A stretch of DNA of 64,000 nucleotides from an uncultured Ardenticatenaceae bacterium (GCA_964539885.1 CAZIKT010000001.1:143292-207291), one strand, 5' to 3'. Numbered from the stretch's first letter, positions 47,001 to 56,738 are shown. The notes: generated from the sequence alone by a model not told the origin. Translations and numbers: made by a program.

Positions 47001-47644
47001 GGGACGGCTGGGCCTATGATATCGGCTACGGCGGGCTGGATCACGTCCTGGCTTCCGGCCGCAACGTGAACGTGCTGGTCTTGGACACCGAGGTGTACTC
47101 GAACACCGGCGGACAGATGTCCAAATCTACACCGCGCGGGGCCATCGCCAAGTTCGCCGCCGCCGGCAAGCCGTTACCCAAGAAGGACCTGGGTCAACTG
47201 GCTATCAGCTACGGTAACATCTACGTCGCCCGCATCGCCTTTGGCAGCAACGACAGCCAGACGATTAAGGCCTTCCTAGAAGCGGAAGCTTATACCGGCC
47301 CATCTCTGATCCTGGCCTACAGCCACTGTATCGCGCATGGCTATGACATGAAGTACGGCCTGGATCAGCAGAAGGCGGCCGTTGACAGCGGTTACTGGCC
47401 CCTCTACCGGCACAATCCGGAGCGTGCGAGCGAGGGATTCAATCCCTTCCAGCTTGACTCGCGACCGCCCAGCATCCCGCTGGAGCAGTACGCCTATCGT
47501 GAAGGTCGCTACCGCATGCTGACCCAGAGCCACCCCGAGCGCGCAGCACGATTGATGGAGCTGGCCCAAAACGATGTGAAGAGTCGCTGGGAACGTTACG
47601 CCGAAATGGCCGGCAAGCACAAGGAAAACGGACACCAGGAATAA
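44033..47644 (+). CDS. nifJ: pyruvate:ferredoxin (flavodoxin) oxidoreductase, single-polypeptide type
   Basis: ATLDGNEATARVAHKVSEVIAIYPITPSS N-terminus. Two 4Fe-4S motifs (CIQCGKCVLVCP, CTGCSLCVEVCP). TPP-binding GGDGWAYDIGYGGLDH. About 1200 aa. The ATG at 44033 has an AAGGAG RBS. Confidence 0.95.
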   Translation: MPKQIATLDGNEATARVAHKVSEVIAIYPITPSSLMGEIADELSANGETNIWGAVPQVVEMQSEGGAAGAVHGALQTGALTTTFTASQGLLLMIPNMYKIAGELTAAVFHVAARSLAAQGLSIFGDHSDVMAARNTGFGFLAANSVQEAHDLALIATAATLEARIPFVHFFDGFRTSHEVNKIELLDDETIRAMINEELVRAHRARGLTPDAPVMRGTAQNPDVYFQGRETVNPFYLACPGAVQRTMDRFAALTGRQYRLFDYVGAPDAERVIVIMGSGAETAEETALFLAERGEKVGVLKVRLYRPFDVEAFVAALPRSVRSIAVLDRTKEPGATGEPLYLDVVSALMEAEVGDLPEIGLPRVIGGRYGLSSKEFTPGMAKAVFDELSGEKPKKHFTIGIYDDVTNTSLPWEEDFNIEPDEVVRAVFYGLGADGTVGANKNSIKIIGEDTDNYAQGYFVYDSKKSGAVTVSHLRFGPRPIRLTNLIQAAGFVACHQFNFLERYEVLDLAAPGATFLLNSPYGPDEVWNHLPRSVQETIIEKRLRFYVVDGYLVAREAKMGQRINTIMQTCFFALSGVLPKDEAIAAIKHAIEKTYSKRGEAVVQANFDAVDAALSHLHQVAVPARVDSAFERPPIVSERAPEFVRKVTARMMERQGDLLPVSAMPIDGTYPTATTQWEKRNIATEIPVWDPEVCIQCGKCVLVCPHAVVREKIYDSALLNGAPATFKSTPARFKEFKDQVYTLQISPEDCTGCSLCVEVCPAKNKRQPKLKAINMEPILPLRQAEVENWEFFETLPEIDRTAIPVGQVKYSQLLRPLFEFSGACAGCGETPYLSLLSRLFGDRAIIANATGCSSIYGGNLPTTPWAKDANGRGPAWSNSLFEDNAEFGLGMRIALDQRLEAATDVLRALRDEIGSELVDAVLYAEQLDEAGIERQRARVADLKNRLTMLLEVHPPEMTADEVAVHHQRVEQLLSVADVFVKKCVWIVGGDGWAYDIGYGGLDHVLASGRNVNVLVLDTEVYSNTGGQMSKSTPRGAIAKFAAAGKPLPKKDLGQLAISYGNIYVARIAFGSNDSQTIKAFLEAEAYTGPSLILAYSHCIAHGYDMKYGLDQQKAAVDSGYWPLYRHNPERASEGFNPFQLDSRPPSIPLEQYAYREGRYRMLTQSHPERAARLMELAQNDVKSRWERYAEMAGKHKENGHQE

Positions 47645-47678
47645 CGCCGGATATCGCAGGTAGAAAGGAGAATCGCAG

Positions 47679-48722
47679 ATGGATCTGAGCACCACATACC
47701 TGGGCATGAGACTGAAGAACCCGCTCGTGCCGTCTTCGTCGCCCTTGATGCGCAGCCTGAGCAGCCTGCGCCGACTAGAAGATGCCGGCGCAGCGGCGGT
47801 CGTCTTGCACTCGCTGTTTGAGGAGCAAATGACGCTGGAAAGCCATGACCTGAACCACTATCTGACGCAGGGCATTGATAGCTTTCCGGAAGCGCTGACG
47901 TACTTTCCCGAGGCCAGCGACTACGTGACCGGCCCTGACGCCTACCTGGAGCACATTCGCCAGGCTAAGGACAGCCTGGGAATCCCGGTCATCGCCAGTC
48001 TGAACGGCGTATCCACCGGCGGGTGGATACGCCACGCGCGTGAGATCGAGGACGCCGGGGCCGACGCGCTGGAGCTGAACGTCTATTACCTGCCGACCGA
48101 CCCGCATATGACCAGCGCGACGGTTGAGCAGATCTACCTGGACATTCTGCAGGACATCAAACAAACAGTGACCATCCCGGTGGCGATGAAGCTCAGCCCC
48201 TACTTTAGCGCCATGGCCAACATGGCGCACCGGCTGGCCGACGCCGGCGTTGACGGCCTGGTGCTCTTCAACCGCTTCTACCAGCCGGACCTGGACATCG
48301 TTAACCTGGAAGTGGTGCCCAATCTGAAGTTGAGCTCGTCCAATGAACTGCGCCTGCCATTGCGCTGGATTGCCATCCTATACGGGCGCATTAATGCCGA
48401 CCTGGCGCTGACCACTGGCGTCCATAACGTAGAGGATGCTGTCAAGGGGCTGATGGCGGGCGCGAAGATCACGATGATGGCTTCCGCGCTGTTGCGGAAT
48501 GGCATTATCCGCCTGCGCGAGATGTTGTTTGAGCTGGAAGCCTGGCTGATCGAGCATGAATACAACTCCGTCGAGGAGATGCAGGGCAGCCTCAGCCAGC
48601 TCAGTTGCGCCGAGCCGGCTGCTTATGAGCGCGCGAACTATTTGCGCGTCTTGAGTTCTTACGCGCCGGATTACATGTGGCGCACCGGTTCGGTGGGCGT
48701 GGCGCCGGATACCCGTTCTTAA
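47679..48722 (+). CDS. dihydroorotate dehydrogenase-like protein (class 1 DHOD/DHPD TIM-barrel family)
   Basis: [25 protein letters not shown] and GLVLFNRF motifs. Sits directly downstream of nifJ. Confidence 0.8.
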   Translation: MDLSTTYLGMRLKNPLVPSSSPLMRSLSSLRRLEDAGAAAVVLHSLFEEQMTLESHDLNHYLTQGIDSFPEALTYFPEASDYVTGPDAYLEHIRQAKDSLGIPVIASLNGVSTGGWIRHAREIEDAGADALELNVYYLPTDPHMTSATVEQIYLDILQDIKQTVTIPVAMKLSPYFSAMANMAHRLADAGVDGLVLFNRFYQPDLDIVNLEVVPNLKLSSSNELRLPLRWIAILYGRINADLALTTGVHNVEDAVKGLMAGAKITMMASALLRNGIIRLREMLFELEAWLIEHEYNSVEEMQGSLSQLSCAEPAAYERANYLRVLSSYAPDYMWRTGSVGVAPDTRS

Positions 48723-48775
48723 GGTTCCGGCCGGTATCCGGCGGCTCTTTGCCGGGAATGAGGAAGAAAGGAGTG

Positions 48776-48812
48776 CAGAGGGCGGACGGAATCCGCCCTC
48801 TGTCTGTTTGGG
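48776..48812. terminator. bidirectional intrinsic terminator between the DHOD-like gene and the convergent peptidase gene
   Basis: CAGAGGGCGGA-CGGAA-TCCGCCCTCTG (11-bp stem), followed by TCTGTTTGG. The complement is preceded by a T-rich tract. Confidence 0.6.
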
Positions 48813-48816
48813 GCGT

Positions 48817-50730
48817 TCAGTCCGACGCGCGGTCCAGATGTTTGCTGAAGAACTCCTCGATTGAGTTGTAGCACCGCACCCGATTCTCGTATTTCAGCAC
48901 GTCGTGGCCTTCATCTTCGAACATCAGGTACTCCACAACATTTCCTTGGCCGCGCAACTCCTTGACCAGCTCACGCGACTCGATTTCCCACACTCGCGGG
49001 TCATTCTTGCCTTGAATCACCAGCGTGGGGCACTGCAATTGCTTCACATATGTCCGCGGAGAGCGCTCGCGCAAAAATTCCTGCTCAGTTTCTGGATCGC
49101 CAACCAGGAAGCGGATGTACGGCTTCCAAGTCTCCGGCACGCGATCCGCGAACGTGAGCAGGTCATAGGGGCCAAACATATCCACGGCCGCAGACCACAG
49201 CTCGGGATGCCGGGTAGCCAGGGTGAGCGTCATATAGCCCCCGTATGACCGGCCCACCACGCCCGCCCGGCTGACGTCAATACGAGGGTCGTTGGGTAGC
49301 ACTTTCGTCATCGCGTGCACATGATCGAGCCGGTCCTGTCCGCCCCAATCCTTCACCACGTGATTCATATAGCCGAAGCCGTAACCCGTGCTGCCGCGCA
49401 CGTTGGGCACGAATACCGCGAACCCGTTGAGCGTCAGGTGTTGGATCAAGGGCATCGAGAACCAGACGAAGTCGGGGCGCTCCTGCCCCTGTGGACCGCC
49501 ATGAATATAATAGACCAATGGATAGGGAGCCTGGAAGCCCGACGAGTCGGCCGGCAGGTAGAGGCGCGCTGAGATACGCAGTCCATCGAAAGTGGTGAAG
49601 GAGTAGTCTTCGCCGGCAGCCAGTAGACCATCGCGAATACCCAGTACCCTCTCGTTGGTGTGACGCACTAACTGATCTCGCTTTGGGCCGGATACCGTGA
49701 GGATTTGAGCCGGCGACGTGGCGGTGGTGAAGCTAAGCACATACCGATCGCCCTGCTCGTCGTAGTAATGGCCCTTCAGCACGCCGCCGGAAAGGCGGCC
49801 TTCGCCGGCAACCACATACTCCAGCCGCATCTCGGCCGCCTCAGAGTCGAACACTCCTTCGTAGAGCCAGTCGCAACCGTCAATGTTGTAAATCAGCTCA
49901 TAACGATTCCCATAGAGATGTTCGCATCCTTCCAATTCCCCTATGCCGGTGTGAACAATCCCCGAGATGCTGACCTCTCGAATACCTTGCGGATTGTCCA
50001 GCGGCATTAAGCCCAGGCCGCCCTCGTCAGAAAACAGCAGGGTGTTTACCAGGAGCGCCTGACCATCACCCACGAAGTGAGCACGACCAATGCCGTTTCG
50101 CGGCACTTCCTGGCCCGGCTGGCGATCCTCCAGGGGTGTGCCGAAGAGCAGCTTGCGCGCTTCGCCGCCCTCCTGCAGATATACGACATGATCGCCGGCC
50201 CCGTAAGCGTCAATCGTTACCACCCGACTGTGGTCTGCAGAATGGCCTGCCGGATAAGCGCCATACTTACTCTCACCCAGCTTCACTAGTTCGCCACTCT
50301 CAACATTTGCTCTAAAGAGGTCCGAGCGCTGCGCGCCTTGCGCTTCTGCCCATAGGTAGACGATGGATTCCTCTTCGCGGACAATTATGAGATAGACCCG
50401 ATGCTGGGAAAGCCTGTCGCCAAATGCCGGCTCTGGGAAGCCTCCGTCCATGGGTATGAACATGGGCTGATAGTTCTCATCGCCGTCGTTGTCAATCATC
50501 ACCAGGATCTTCCCCAGACGCGGGAATAGCGCGAACAAACGCCCATCCATCAGGTCCGGGTTCTGCAAGGCGAGGTGCGGCGGCAGCAATGGCTCCGGCA
50601 CACTGCCGCCGAAGCGCATCGCGTACAGGCTCAGCCGGCCGCTCAAGTTGCTGACGAAATAGATCTTGTCGCCGGCGATCTGAGGCGCCACAAAGAGGCG
50701 CGCTGCTAACAGGGATTCAATTCGTGTCAT
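48817..50730 (-). CDS. S9-family serine peptidase (prolyl oligopeptidase / acylaminoacyl peptidase-like)
   Basis: N-terminal beta-propeller-like region. Catalytic GRSYGGYMT, then D and H in the C-terminal alpha/beta fold (GKNDPRV ... EGHD). Confidence 0.85.
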   Translation of the reverse strand: MTRIESLLAARLFVAPQIAGDKIYFVSNLSGRLSLYAMRFGGSVPEPLLPPHLALQNPDLMDGRLFALFPRLGKILVMIDNDGDENYQPMFIPMDGGFPEPAFGDRLSQHRVYLIIVREEESIVYLWAEAQGAQRSDLFRANVESGELVKLGESKYGAYPAGHSADHSRVVTIDAYGAGDHVVYLQEGGEARKLLFGTPLEDRQPGQEVPRNGIGRAHFVGDGQALLVNTLLFSDEGGLGLMPLDNPQGIREVSISGIVHTGIGELEGCEHLYGNRYELIYNIDGCDWLYEGVFDSEAAEMRLEYVVAGEGRLSGGVLKGHYYDEQGDRYVLSFTTATSPAQILTVSGPKRDQLVRHTNERVLGIRDGLLAAGEDYSFTTFDGLRISARLYLPADSSGFQAPYPLVYYIHGGPQGQERPDFVWFSMPLIQHLTLNGFAVFVPNVRGSTGYGFGYMNHVVKDWGGQDRLDHVHAMTKVLPNDPRIDVSRAGVVGRSYGGYMTLTLATRHPELWSAAVDMFGPYDLLTFADRVPETWKPYIRFLVGDPETEQEFLRERSPRTYVKQLQCPTLVIQGKNDPRVWEIESRELVKELRGQGNVVEYLMFEDEGHDVLKYENRVRCYNSIEEFFSKHLDRASD

Positions 50731-50817
50731 CCTACATTCCTTTCTACATAGAGTGCGGGGTGACGCCGGGTGGCGTCGCCCGCGATATCCCAGGTTGACG
50801 ACTTACTGACCAGATGT

Positions 50818-52128
50818 TCAGGCGAGTGGCTCTACCTCCATCTCGGTTGCCGGCGAAGGAGTGAACGCCGGCTGCTGATCCAGATTCAACAACGCGCTGT
50901 TGGTGGCGCCCCAGGCAACCAGGATCAGGATTGTTATCCCGGCGACCACATACCACACGTTGACGGCAACCAGGTCTGAGAGTGGGCCGGCCAACAGCAG
51001 ACCGATCGGCGTCATGGCGGTAGCCAGGCTGGCCAACAGGGTGAACACCCGGCCTTGCATCTCCGGCGCGACCGTTACTTGCAAGGTAGCCTGCACCGGC
51101 CCGTTTGTGTTAGGTAGGGCCAGTCCTCCCAGGAACATCGCCGCCAGGGCCAGTGGGAAGAGATCAGCCGGAGCCAGCCCCAACATGAGCATCGCCCCAG
51201 CCAACACTACCAGACCGGCCAGACTGGTGACCATCCGGCGCTTGAAACCGCCCCACACGCTGAGCAGTAAGCCGCCCAGGATAATGCCGATGCCGAACGC
51301 CGCATTCAGCCAGCCGAGCTGCAGTGCACCGCCCTCAAAGTGCTCGGTAACGACGAGGGGCAGCAGTGCCATCGCCGGGCTGATCAGGAAGTTGATCAGC
51401 ACGGCTATCAGTATCAGGGCGCGTAGTCCGGAACGGCCCAGCACATAGCGGAAGCCGAGCACCAGTTCATGCCACAGGCCGGTAGACTGCGCTGGGTGAC
51501 TGTCCGATTCTGTTGCTTGTGCTTTGGCCGGCGGCTGCGGAATGGCGATGAAGAGCAGTGGTACAGCCGCAAAGAACGCCGTCACGACATCGATCAGCAT
51601 AATGCTCTGCATGGGCAGGAATTCCACCAGAACCGCGCCAATCGGCGCTGCAATGATATTCAGGCCGCCGTTCAGCATCTGGTTCAGCCCGGCTATGCGG
51701 GTCAGGTAATCGGGCGGCACCATCAACGAGGTGGAGGCGATCATTGCCGGGCCGTGGAACGCCCCACCTAACGCCCTGACAAACAGGATGGCGTAGACGT
51801 GCCAGATCTGAACCTGCCCGGTCGCGAACAGGACAGCCAGCAGCAGCGAAGCCAGCGCCACGATCGAATCGGCCCAAAACATAACCCAGCGCCGCGGCCA
51901 GCGATCGACGAGCGCGCCGGCGATGGGACCTAATAGCACCATCGGCAAGAGCCCCATCAGCGAGGCGATGGCCAGCACGGTGCCGGAGCCGGTCTCAGCC
52001 GTCAGGTACCAAATCAGCGCAAATTGGACGATCTGGCTGCCCAGCAAGGACAGCGCCTGCCCTGCCCACAGCACAAAGAAGGAGCGTACGTGATAACTGC
52101 TTGCCGGCGCGGCTGTGTTCGCATCCAT
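50818..52128 (-). CDS. MFS transporter (MFS_3 / EntS-like)
   Basis: Twelve predicted TM helices. GALVDRWPRR loop motif. Confidence 0.85.
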   Translation of the reverse strand: MDANTAAPASSYHVRSFFVLWAGQALSLLGSQIVQFALIWYLTAETGSGTVLAIASLMGLLPMVLLGPIAGALVDRWPRRWVMFWADSIVALASLLLAVLFATGQVQIWHVYAILFVRALGGAFHGPAMIASTSLMVPPDYLTRIAGLNQMLNGGLNIIAAPIGAVLVEFLPMQSIMLIDVVTAFFAAVPLLFIAIPQPPAKAQATESDSHPAQSTGLWHELVLGFRYVLGRSGLRALILIAVLINFLISPAMALLPLVVTEHFEGGALQLGWLNAAFGIGIILGGLLLSVWGGFKRRMVTSLAGLVVLAGAMLMLGLAPADLFPLALAAMFLGGLALPNTNGPVQATLQVTVAPEMQGRVFTLLASLATAMTPIGLLLAGPLSDLVAVNVWYVVAGITILILVAWGATNSALLNLDQQPAFTPSPATEMEVEPLA

Positions 52129-52256
52129 TTCTCGTTACCTCCAACTGATAATTGGCCTTGCACAACTGCATCGCGGCCCGAATTCTATGCTGTCAATCTT
52201 TTCGGAACTTGGAATAGCAGTGGGAACCTACAAAGAGAGAGACCGGTCCCGGCTGT

Positions 52257-52868
52257 TCATTCCGTTGCCGGAAGCGGATAGAAGACTTCAAGAAGTGCGT
52301 ATTCAGGCAGATCGTCCCGGGTTCTGTTCTCGCGGCCCATTGACTCGAACTGGGTCACGATCGCCTCCAATTGCGCATGGAACGCCGTGACCTGGTCCGG
52401 TGAAAGCCGGGCGTAACCTCGAACCAACACGTCGTGTTTGAACCCCGCCTGACGATCTTCCTGTAAAGCCAGGATACCTTGCCGTACTGCCCGCAGCACT
52501 TCATCCCGAGACCCATCAAACAACGCCGAAACGACCGCCTCCACATGCTCATCGGATGGCGCATTTCCCAGCAGAACTGCTTCATCAATGCGAATTCTGC
52601 GCGCGGTCACCTGATAAGTCTTCTCGATGATGCCGGACACGACGTTGGTCTCCGTCACGCCAATCAGACCATGTTGCTCCAGTAGATTGATGTGGTAGTA
52701 AAGTCTAGTCGGCGCAATATTCAGCGAAGCGCCAATCTCTTTAACGGTCCGGGGCCGGCGCATCAGGCGCAGAATCTGTAGTCGCAAGCTATCAGCCACC
52801 ACTTTCAAGGTGTCTGGATCGGAGATGATGACTTCTTCAGCCGGCGTGTAGGGCTCGTTTGCGCTCAT
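52257..52868 (-). CDS. ArsR-family HTH transcriptional regulator with a C-terminal extension
   Basis: LRLQILRLMRRPRTVKEIGASLNIAPTRLYYHINLLEQHGLI winged HTH. Confidence 0.8.
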   Translation of the reverse strand: MSANEPYTPAEEVIISDPDTLKVVADSLRLQILRLMRRPRTVKEIGASLNIAPTRLYYHINLLEQHGLIGVTETNVVSGIIEKTYQVTARRIRIDEAVLLGNAPSDEHVEAVVSALFDGSRDEVLRAVRQGILALQEDRQAGFKHDVLVRGYARLSPDQVTAFHAQLEAIVTQFESMGRENRTRDDLPEYALLEVFYPLPATE

Positions 52869-53025
52869 TGAGGCATCGCCTGTCTAATTAGTCTGGTCGT
52901 TGTAATTATTTTCAATGGTCGAAAACATTGTAACAGACAATGCCACACCTGTCAACACTTTTTAGACATTGGAAACTTTTCAAATAGAGCCTGGTTCAAT
53001 CTGGGTGCTGAGATGAGTGGGAGCA

Positions 53026-54423
53026 TTACATGACCGCGTGCGTTAGCTCGGCCTCGGCCCCTGCACTGTTTTCCAGCTTGGCTGGCTCGCCTCGTGCAAC
53101 CTCATGGTCCGGCAGCAGATCTTCGGCATTGCGGATGACCGGAAACAGGTAAGCGACAACCGCGACAACTGCAGTCAGCAGGCCGGTGGCCACCCAAATC
53201 ACCGAGATGCCTGCGCCGGCCCCGGACCCAACTAGCGGCTCCAGGAGCGGAACCATCGCGCCGCCCTCCTCCATTGCCGGGCCAAGAATCTTGTCTGCCA
53301 ACGGAATCGCAATTAAGCTTGCCAGCGGAGTGGTGACCCAGGCGATGACCCGGCGTACGGAAAAGACCCGCCCCTGCAAGTCAGGGGCTACTTTCGCTTG
53401 CCAGATGGCCTGATTGGAGCCGTTCATGATGGGGATGAGGAAGAATCCGATAAAGGCGCTCACGACCCACAAGACAATGCCCTGCGCCAGACCCATCAGC
53501 GTCATGCCGAGCAAGCCGGTCAAGAGCCAGCCAATCAGCACACCGTGCACTCTTCGCTTTGGCCCTCCCCAGGCACTCATGAGCAGAGCGCCCAACACGC
53601 CGCCGACCCCGGCAACCGATTGGATCGTACCGAAGATCAACTCGTTCGAATCTGTGCGTGCCAGAATGAGAGCCGGCATCGTGACATAGGCTATCCCAGT
53701 CAGAAAGTTGCCGGTCATGAACACAAGCTGCAGCCCCAACAGGCTGGGTCGTTTCCAGATATACCAGAAGCCGTACAGAGACTCCTTTAGCAGGCTTCCG
53801 GAACCTTCGGCACCTTCCGCAGTGCGAGGCGGCTGGGGAATGAAGACAAACACCAACGCTCCAATCGCGAAAACGAAGGTGATGATGTCAATCGTCAGAA
53901 TGCCTTGCAGACCTACAAACGCCAGTAGCGCGCCAGCCATGACCGGGGCAAAGATCTGTGAACCGCTTTCGGCCAGCGAGAGCAGGCCATTTGCCCGGCC
54001 GTACTGCTCCTTTGGCAGCATGACGCTGATGGTGGCCGAATATGCAGGCCATTGAAATGACTGGAAGACGCCGGACACGGCCGCCGTGATGTAAAGCTGC
54101 CAGATCTCCAGCCTGCCGGTCGTAAAAAGAATCAGGATGACGATGGTCATGACACCGGCGGCCAGGTCGCTGATCATCATCATCAGCTTGCGGTTCGAGC
54201 GATCGACGATCGCGCCGGCAAACGGGCTCATGATAATTAGCGGAAGCACAAAGGCCAGATTCAGCAGCGCCAGCTCCTGCACGCGCCCCGTCTGCTGAAA
54301 GATGTAGATAGGCAACGCGAAATTCGTCATCGCGGTGCCCATCAATGACACGAATTGCCCTACCCAGATAATGAGGAAGGCACGCATGCCGGTAGGTCGA
54401 TGCGCAATTCCTTCTGCTTGCAT
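53026..54423 (-). CDS. MFS transporter (MFS_3 / EntS-like), paralog of 50818..52128
   Basis: Twelve predicted TM helices. GAIVDRSNRK loop motif. Confidence 0.85.
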   Translation of the reverse strand: MQAEGIAHRPTGMRAFLIIWVGQFVSLMGTAMTNFALPIYIFQQTGRVQELALLNLAFVLPLIIMSPFAGAIVDRSNRKLMMMISDLAAGVMTIVILILFTTGRLEIWQLYITAAVSGVFQSFQWPAYSATISVMLPKEQYGRANGLLSLAESGSQIFAPVMAGALLAFVGLQGILTIDIITFVFAIGALVFVFIPQPPRTAEGAEGSGSLLKESLYGFWYIWKRPSLLGLQLVFMTGNFLTGIAYVTMPALILARTDSNELIFGTIQSVAGVGGVLGALLMSAWGGPKRRVHGVLIGWLLTGLLGMTLMGLAQGIVLWVVSAFIGFFLIPIMNGSNQAIWQAKVAPDLQGRVFSVRRVIAWVTTPLASLIAIPLADKILGPAMEEGGAMVPLLEPLVGSGAGAGISVIWVATGLLTAVVAVVAYLFPVIRNAEDLLPDHEVARGEPAKLENSAGAEAELTHAVM

Positions 54424-54519
54424 TCTAATTCCTCGCCGAATTGGCTAGTTGCGGAAAATTAATGACAACCAAACTATTTCTGATATTGTGATGGATTTTC
54501 ATGACTAATGGTGACCAGA

Positions 54520-54548
54520 ATTCTAGTTTCTCTGTGCAATATTGTCAA
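54520..54548 (-). promoter_or_regulatory. candidate sigma-70-type promoter for the MFS-ArsR-MFS unit
   Basis: On the minus strand: TTGACA (54548-54543), 17-nt spacer, TAGAAT (54525-54520), about 95 nt upstream of the start at 54423, within an AT-rich gap. Confidence 0.45.
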
Positions 54549-54627
54549 GTCATATAATAAAATCTTACATCCGTGTCAATTATGTTGCGGATCGCATAAC
54601 CGAACGGAGGCGAAAAGAGTCTGGCGT

Positions 54628-54657
54628 TGGTACAATTTCCCAGTAACCTGATACAAT
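54628..54657 (+). promoter_or_regulatory. two tandem extended -10-like elements upstream of the thioredoxin-TPR gene
   Basis: TGGTACAAT (54628-54636) and TGATACAAT (54649-54657). The GTG start at 54737 has a GAGGG RBS. Confidence 0.3.
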
Positions 54658-54736
54658 TGCTCCCTAATAGGGCCAGGCCCCGCGAGCGTCATTTGCGCGT
54701 CAGTTCGACACCAAACTTCCTGCATGAGGGCACCAC

Positions 54737-55585
54737 GTGAACCATAACGGTAACAGTGTTATTGATGTTTCAGAACAGGATTTTGAGTCGGCAGTTATCG
54801 AGCGCTCGCGGAGCACGCCGGTCGTTGTTGACTTTTGGGCTGCCTGGTGCGGACCTTGTCGAACGCTGGGCCCGATCCTGGAGCGGCTTGCCGGTGAGCC
54901 GAACAGCGGATTCGTCCTGGCCAAGGTCGACGTGGACGCCAACCAGCGGTTGGCGATGCAATACCAAGTGCGGAGCATCCCGGCGGTCAAAGGATTCTTC
55001 AACGGCAAAGTCGTCGCCGAATTCGTGGGCGCGCTGCCCGAGCCGCGCATCCGCCAGTTCCTGAAACAACTCGTTCCAAATGAGCTCGATCGTCACCTCA
55101 GCACCGCCCGCGAGCTTCTGGCTGAGGAAAGCTGGCCGGCAGCGGAAGGCGCGTTCCGGCTGGTGTTGCAGCGCAAGCCGGATGAACAAGCCGCCGTCAT
55201 GGGCCTGGCGCAGACGCTGCTCAGACAGGGCAAGGGCTGTGAAGCGGCGCAATTGCTTACCGAGGTCAATGCCGCGCACCTGCTGGATCAGGCCGAGCGC
55301 CTGCTCACCCTGGCCCGCTACCTGTGCGACAGCGAGCTGCAGGAACGAGAGAACGGTTGGCCGGATCTGCCGCCGCTTGACGCCCAATACATGCACTGCG
55401 CGCAGCTTGTCCGCAGCGGCAATCTGCCGGCCGCGTTCGATGGTTTGATCGGCATTGTCCGCCAGGATCGGCAGTTCCGGAGCGGCGCGGCGAAGCAGGT
55501 TTTGTTGGCAATGTTTGCGCTCCTGGGAGACCAGCATGAGCTCACCCGCCGATACCGTTCCGAACTCGCGATGATGCTATTCTGA
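54737..55585 (+). CDS. thioredoxin-domain protein with a C-terminal TPR-like domain (YbbN/CnoX-like architecture)
   Basis: VVDFWAAWCGPCR active site followed by a helical repeat region. Confidence 0.9.
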   Translation: MNHNGNSVIDVSEQDFESAVIERSRSTPVVVDFWAAWCGPCRTLGPILERLAGEPNSGFVLAKVDVDANQRLAMQYQVRSIPAVKGFFNGKVVAEFVGALPEPRIRQFLKQLVPNELDRHLSTARELLAEESWPAAEGAFRLVLQRKPDEQAAVMGLAQTLLRQGKGCEAAQLLTEVNAAHLLDQAERLLTLARYLCDSELQERENGWPDLPPLDAQYMHCAQLVRSGNLPAAFDGLIGIVRQDRQFRSGAAKQVLLAMFALLGDQHELTRRYRSELAMMLF

Positions 55586-55649
55586 GCACACCAGGCCGTT
55601 GTCTTGGCCGGGTCCCAACTCTGAGTCAACCGGAGCCGGCTTCAATGGC

Positions 55650-56738
55650 CTACTCCTCAGCAGGGGCCTCACGCCCATTCTCAGCCGGCTCGCTTTCCAG
55701 AAAATGCTGCAGCGCCGCGAAGGTCGTTTCTACTGCCCCGGCCCTTGCTGCATAACGTCGCTTGCCTTCCTTGCCCATGGTCAGATGCACCAGTCGCGCC
55801 AGGCGTAACACATGTAAATGATGCACGACTGTGGGTGCGCGCAATCGCAGCCGGCGGGCCAGCTTTGATGGGCTCATCGGCTCAGCGGTCAGATCATGCA
55901 GTATGCGCAGGCGAGTGGGATCGGCCAGCGCCTTAAGCGCCTGGTAAAGGGCGTCGGGTACGAACTCACCCGGCACCAACGAGGCATCCTGCGGCCGGGC
56001 CCCGAAGATAAAGAGCATGCCGGATTGTCCCACGGGTAACTGGATAATGAGCGGTGTGCTCCAGAACGATGGAGCCATGATCAGCTCGGTCACATCCGGC
56101 ATCGTTTCATAACGCAGGCCCTGAGAGAGTTCTTCGAGCAGAGAAAGCAGGGGCAGCGTCTCCGCCAGCCGGCGGCCGGCCGATACGGCTTCTTCCAGAG
56201 CAGGCAAAATTCGCTCTTCCTCTTCGGCAAAGAAGTTATCGTAATACGCTTGCAAGCCGGAGAGGATCAACTCACCGAACTCGTCAGGGCGCGCATGCAT
56301 CTCCAGGCGCGCCTCCAGCTCCCGTTTTGCCGGCGCGTGCGACCACTTCTCAGTCATCAGCCGGCGTACGGCATCGTAGTCGGTCCGGCGCCAGGCGCCG
56401 CGCTCGGCTACTTCTCCCAGGACCTGGTTGATCGGTTCGGCCCACGTTTCCGGCAGGGCGGTCAATTGGGGCAGGCGCTGCCGGAGGGGTGTCGCGGCGA
56501 TGGCTTTCAGCACCGTCAGACCATCACGAGGCGGCGACAGGTGATGAACCCAGCCGTAGGGCCACAAGAACGGCACCACGTTGTGCAGATAATCCCGCTC
56601 CCGCGTCGGCAACCGCGAGCGCACACCCGCTGCCCACGCGCCGCGCAGCCCATACTTGTCCGGATGATAGAGGACATGCAGGCTCAAGAAGAGATCATGT
56701 CCTGTCCCAACTTCCCAACTCAGTTCCGGCTCTTGCAT
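55650..56738 (-). CDS. ArsR-type HTH regulator with a large N-terminal domain of unknown function
   Basis: C-terminal LKALADPTRLRILHDLTAEPMSPSKLARRLRLRAPTVVHHLHVLRLARLV. The roughly 260-aa N-terminal region was not recognised. Confidence 0.7.
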   Translation of the reverse strand: MQEPELSWEVGTGHDLFLSLHVLYHPDKYGLRGAWAAGVRSRLPTRERDYLHNVVPFLWPYGWVHHLSPPRDGLTVLKAIAATPLRQRLPQLTALPETWAEPINQVLGEVAERGAWRRTDYDAVRRLMTEKWSHAPAKRELEARLEMHARPDEFGELILSGLQAYYDNFFAEEEERILPALEEAVSAGRRLAETLPLLSLLEELSQGLRYETMPDVTELIMAPSFWSTPLIIQLPVGQSGMLFIFGARPQDASLVPGEFVPDALYQALKALADPTRLRILHDLTAEPMSPSKLARRLRLRAPTVVHHLHVLRLARLVHLTMGKEGKRRYAARAGAVETTFAALQHFLESEPAENGREAPAEE

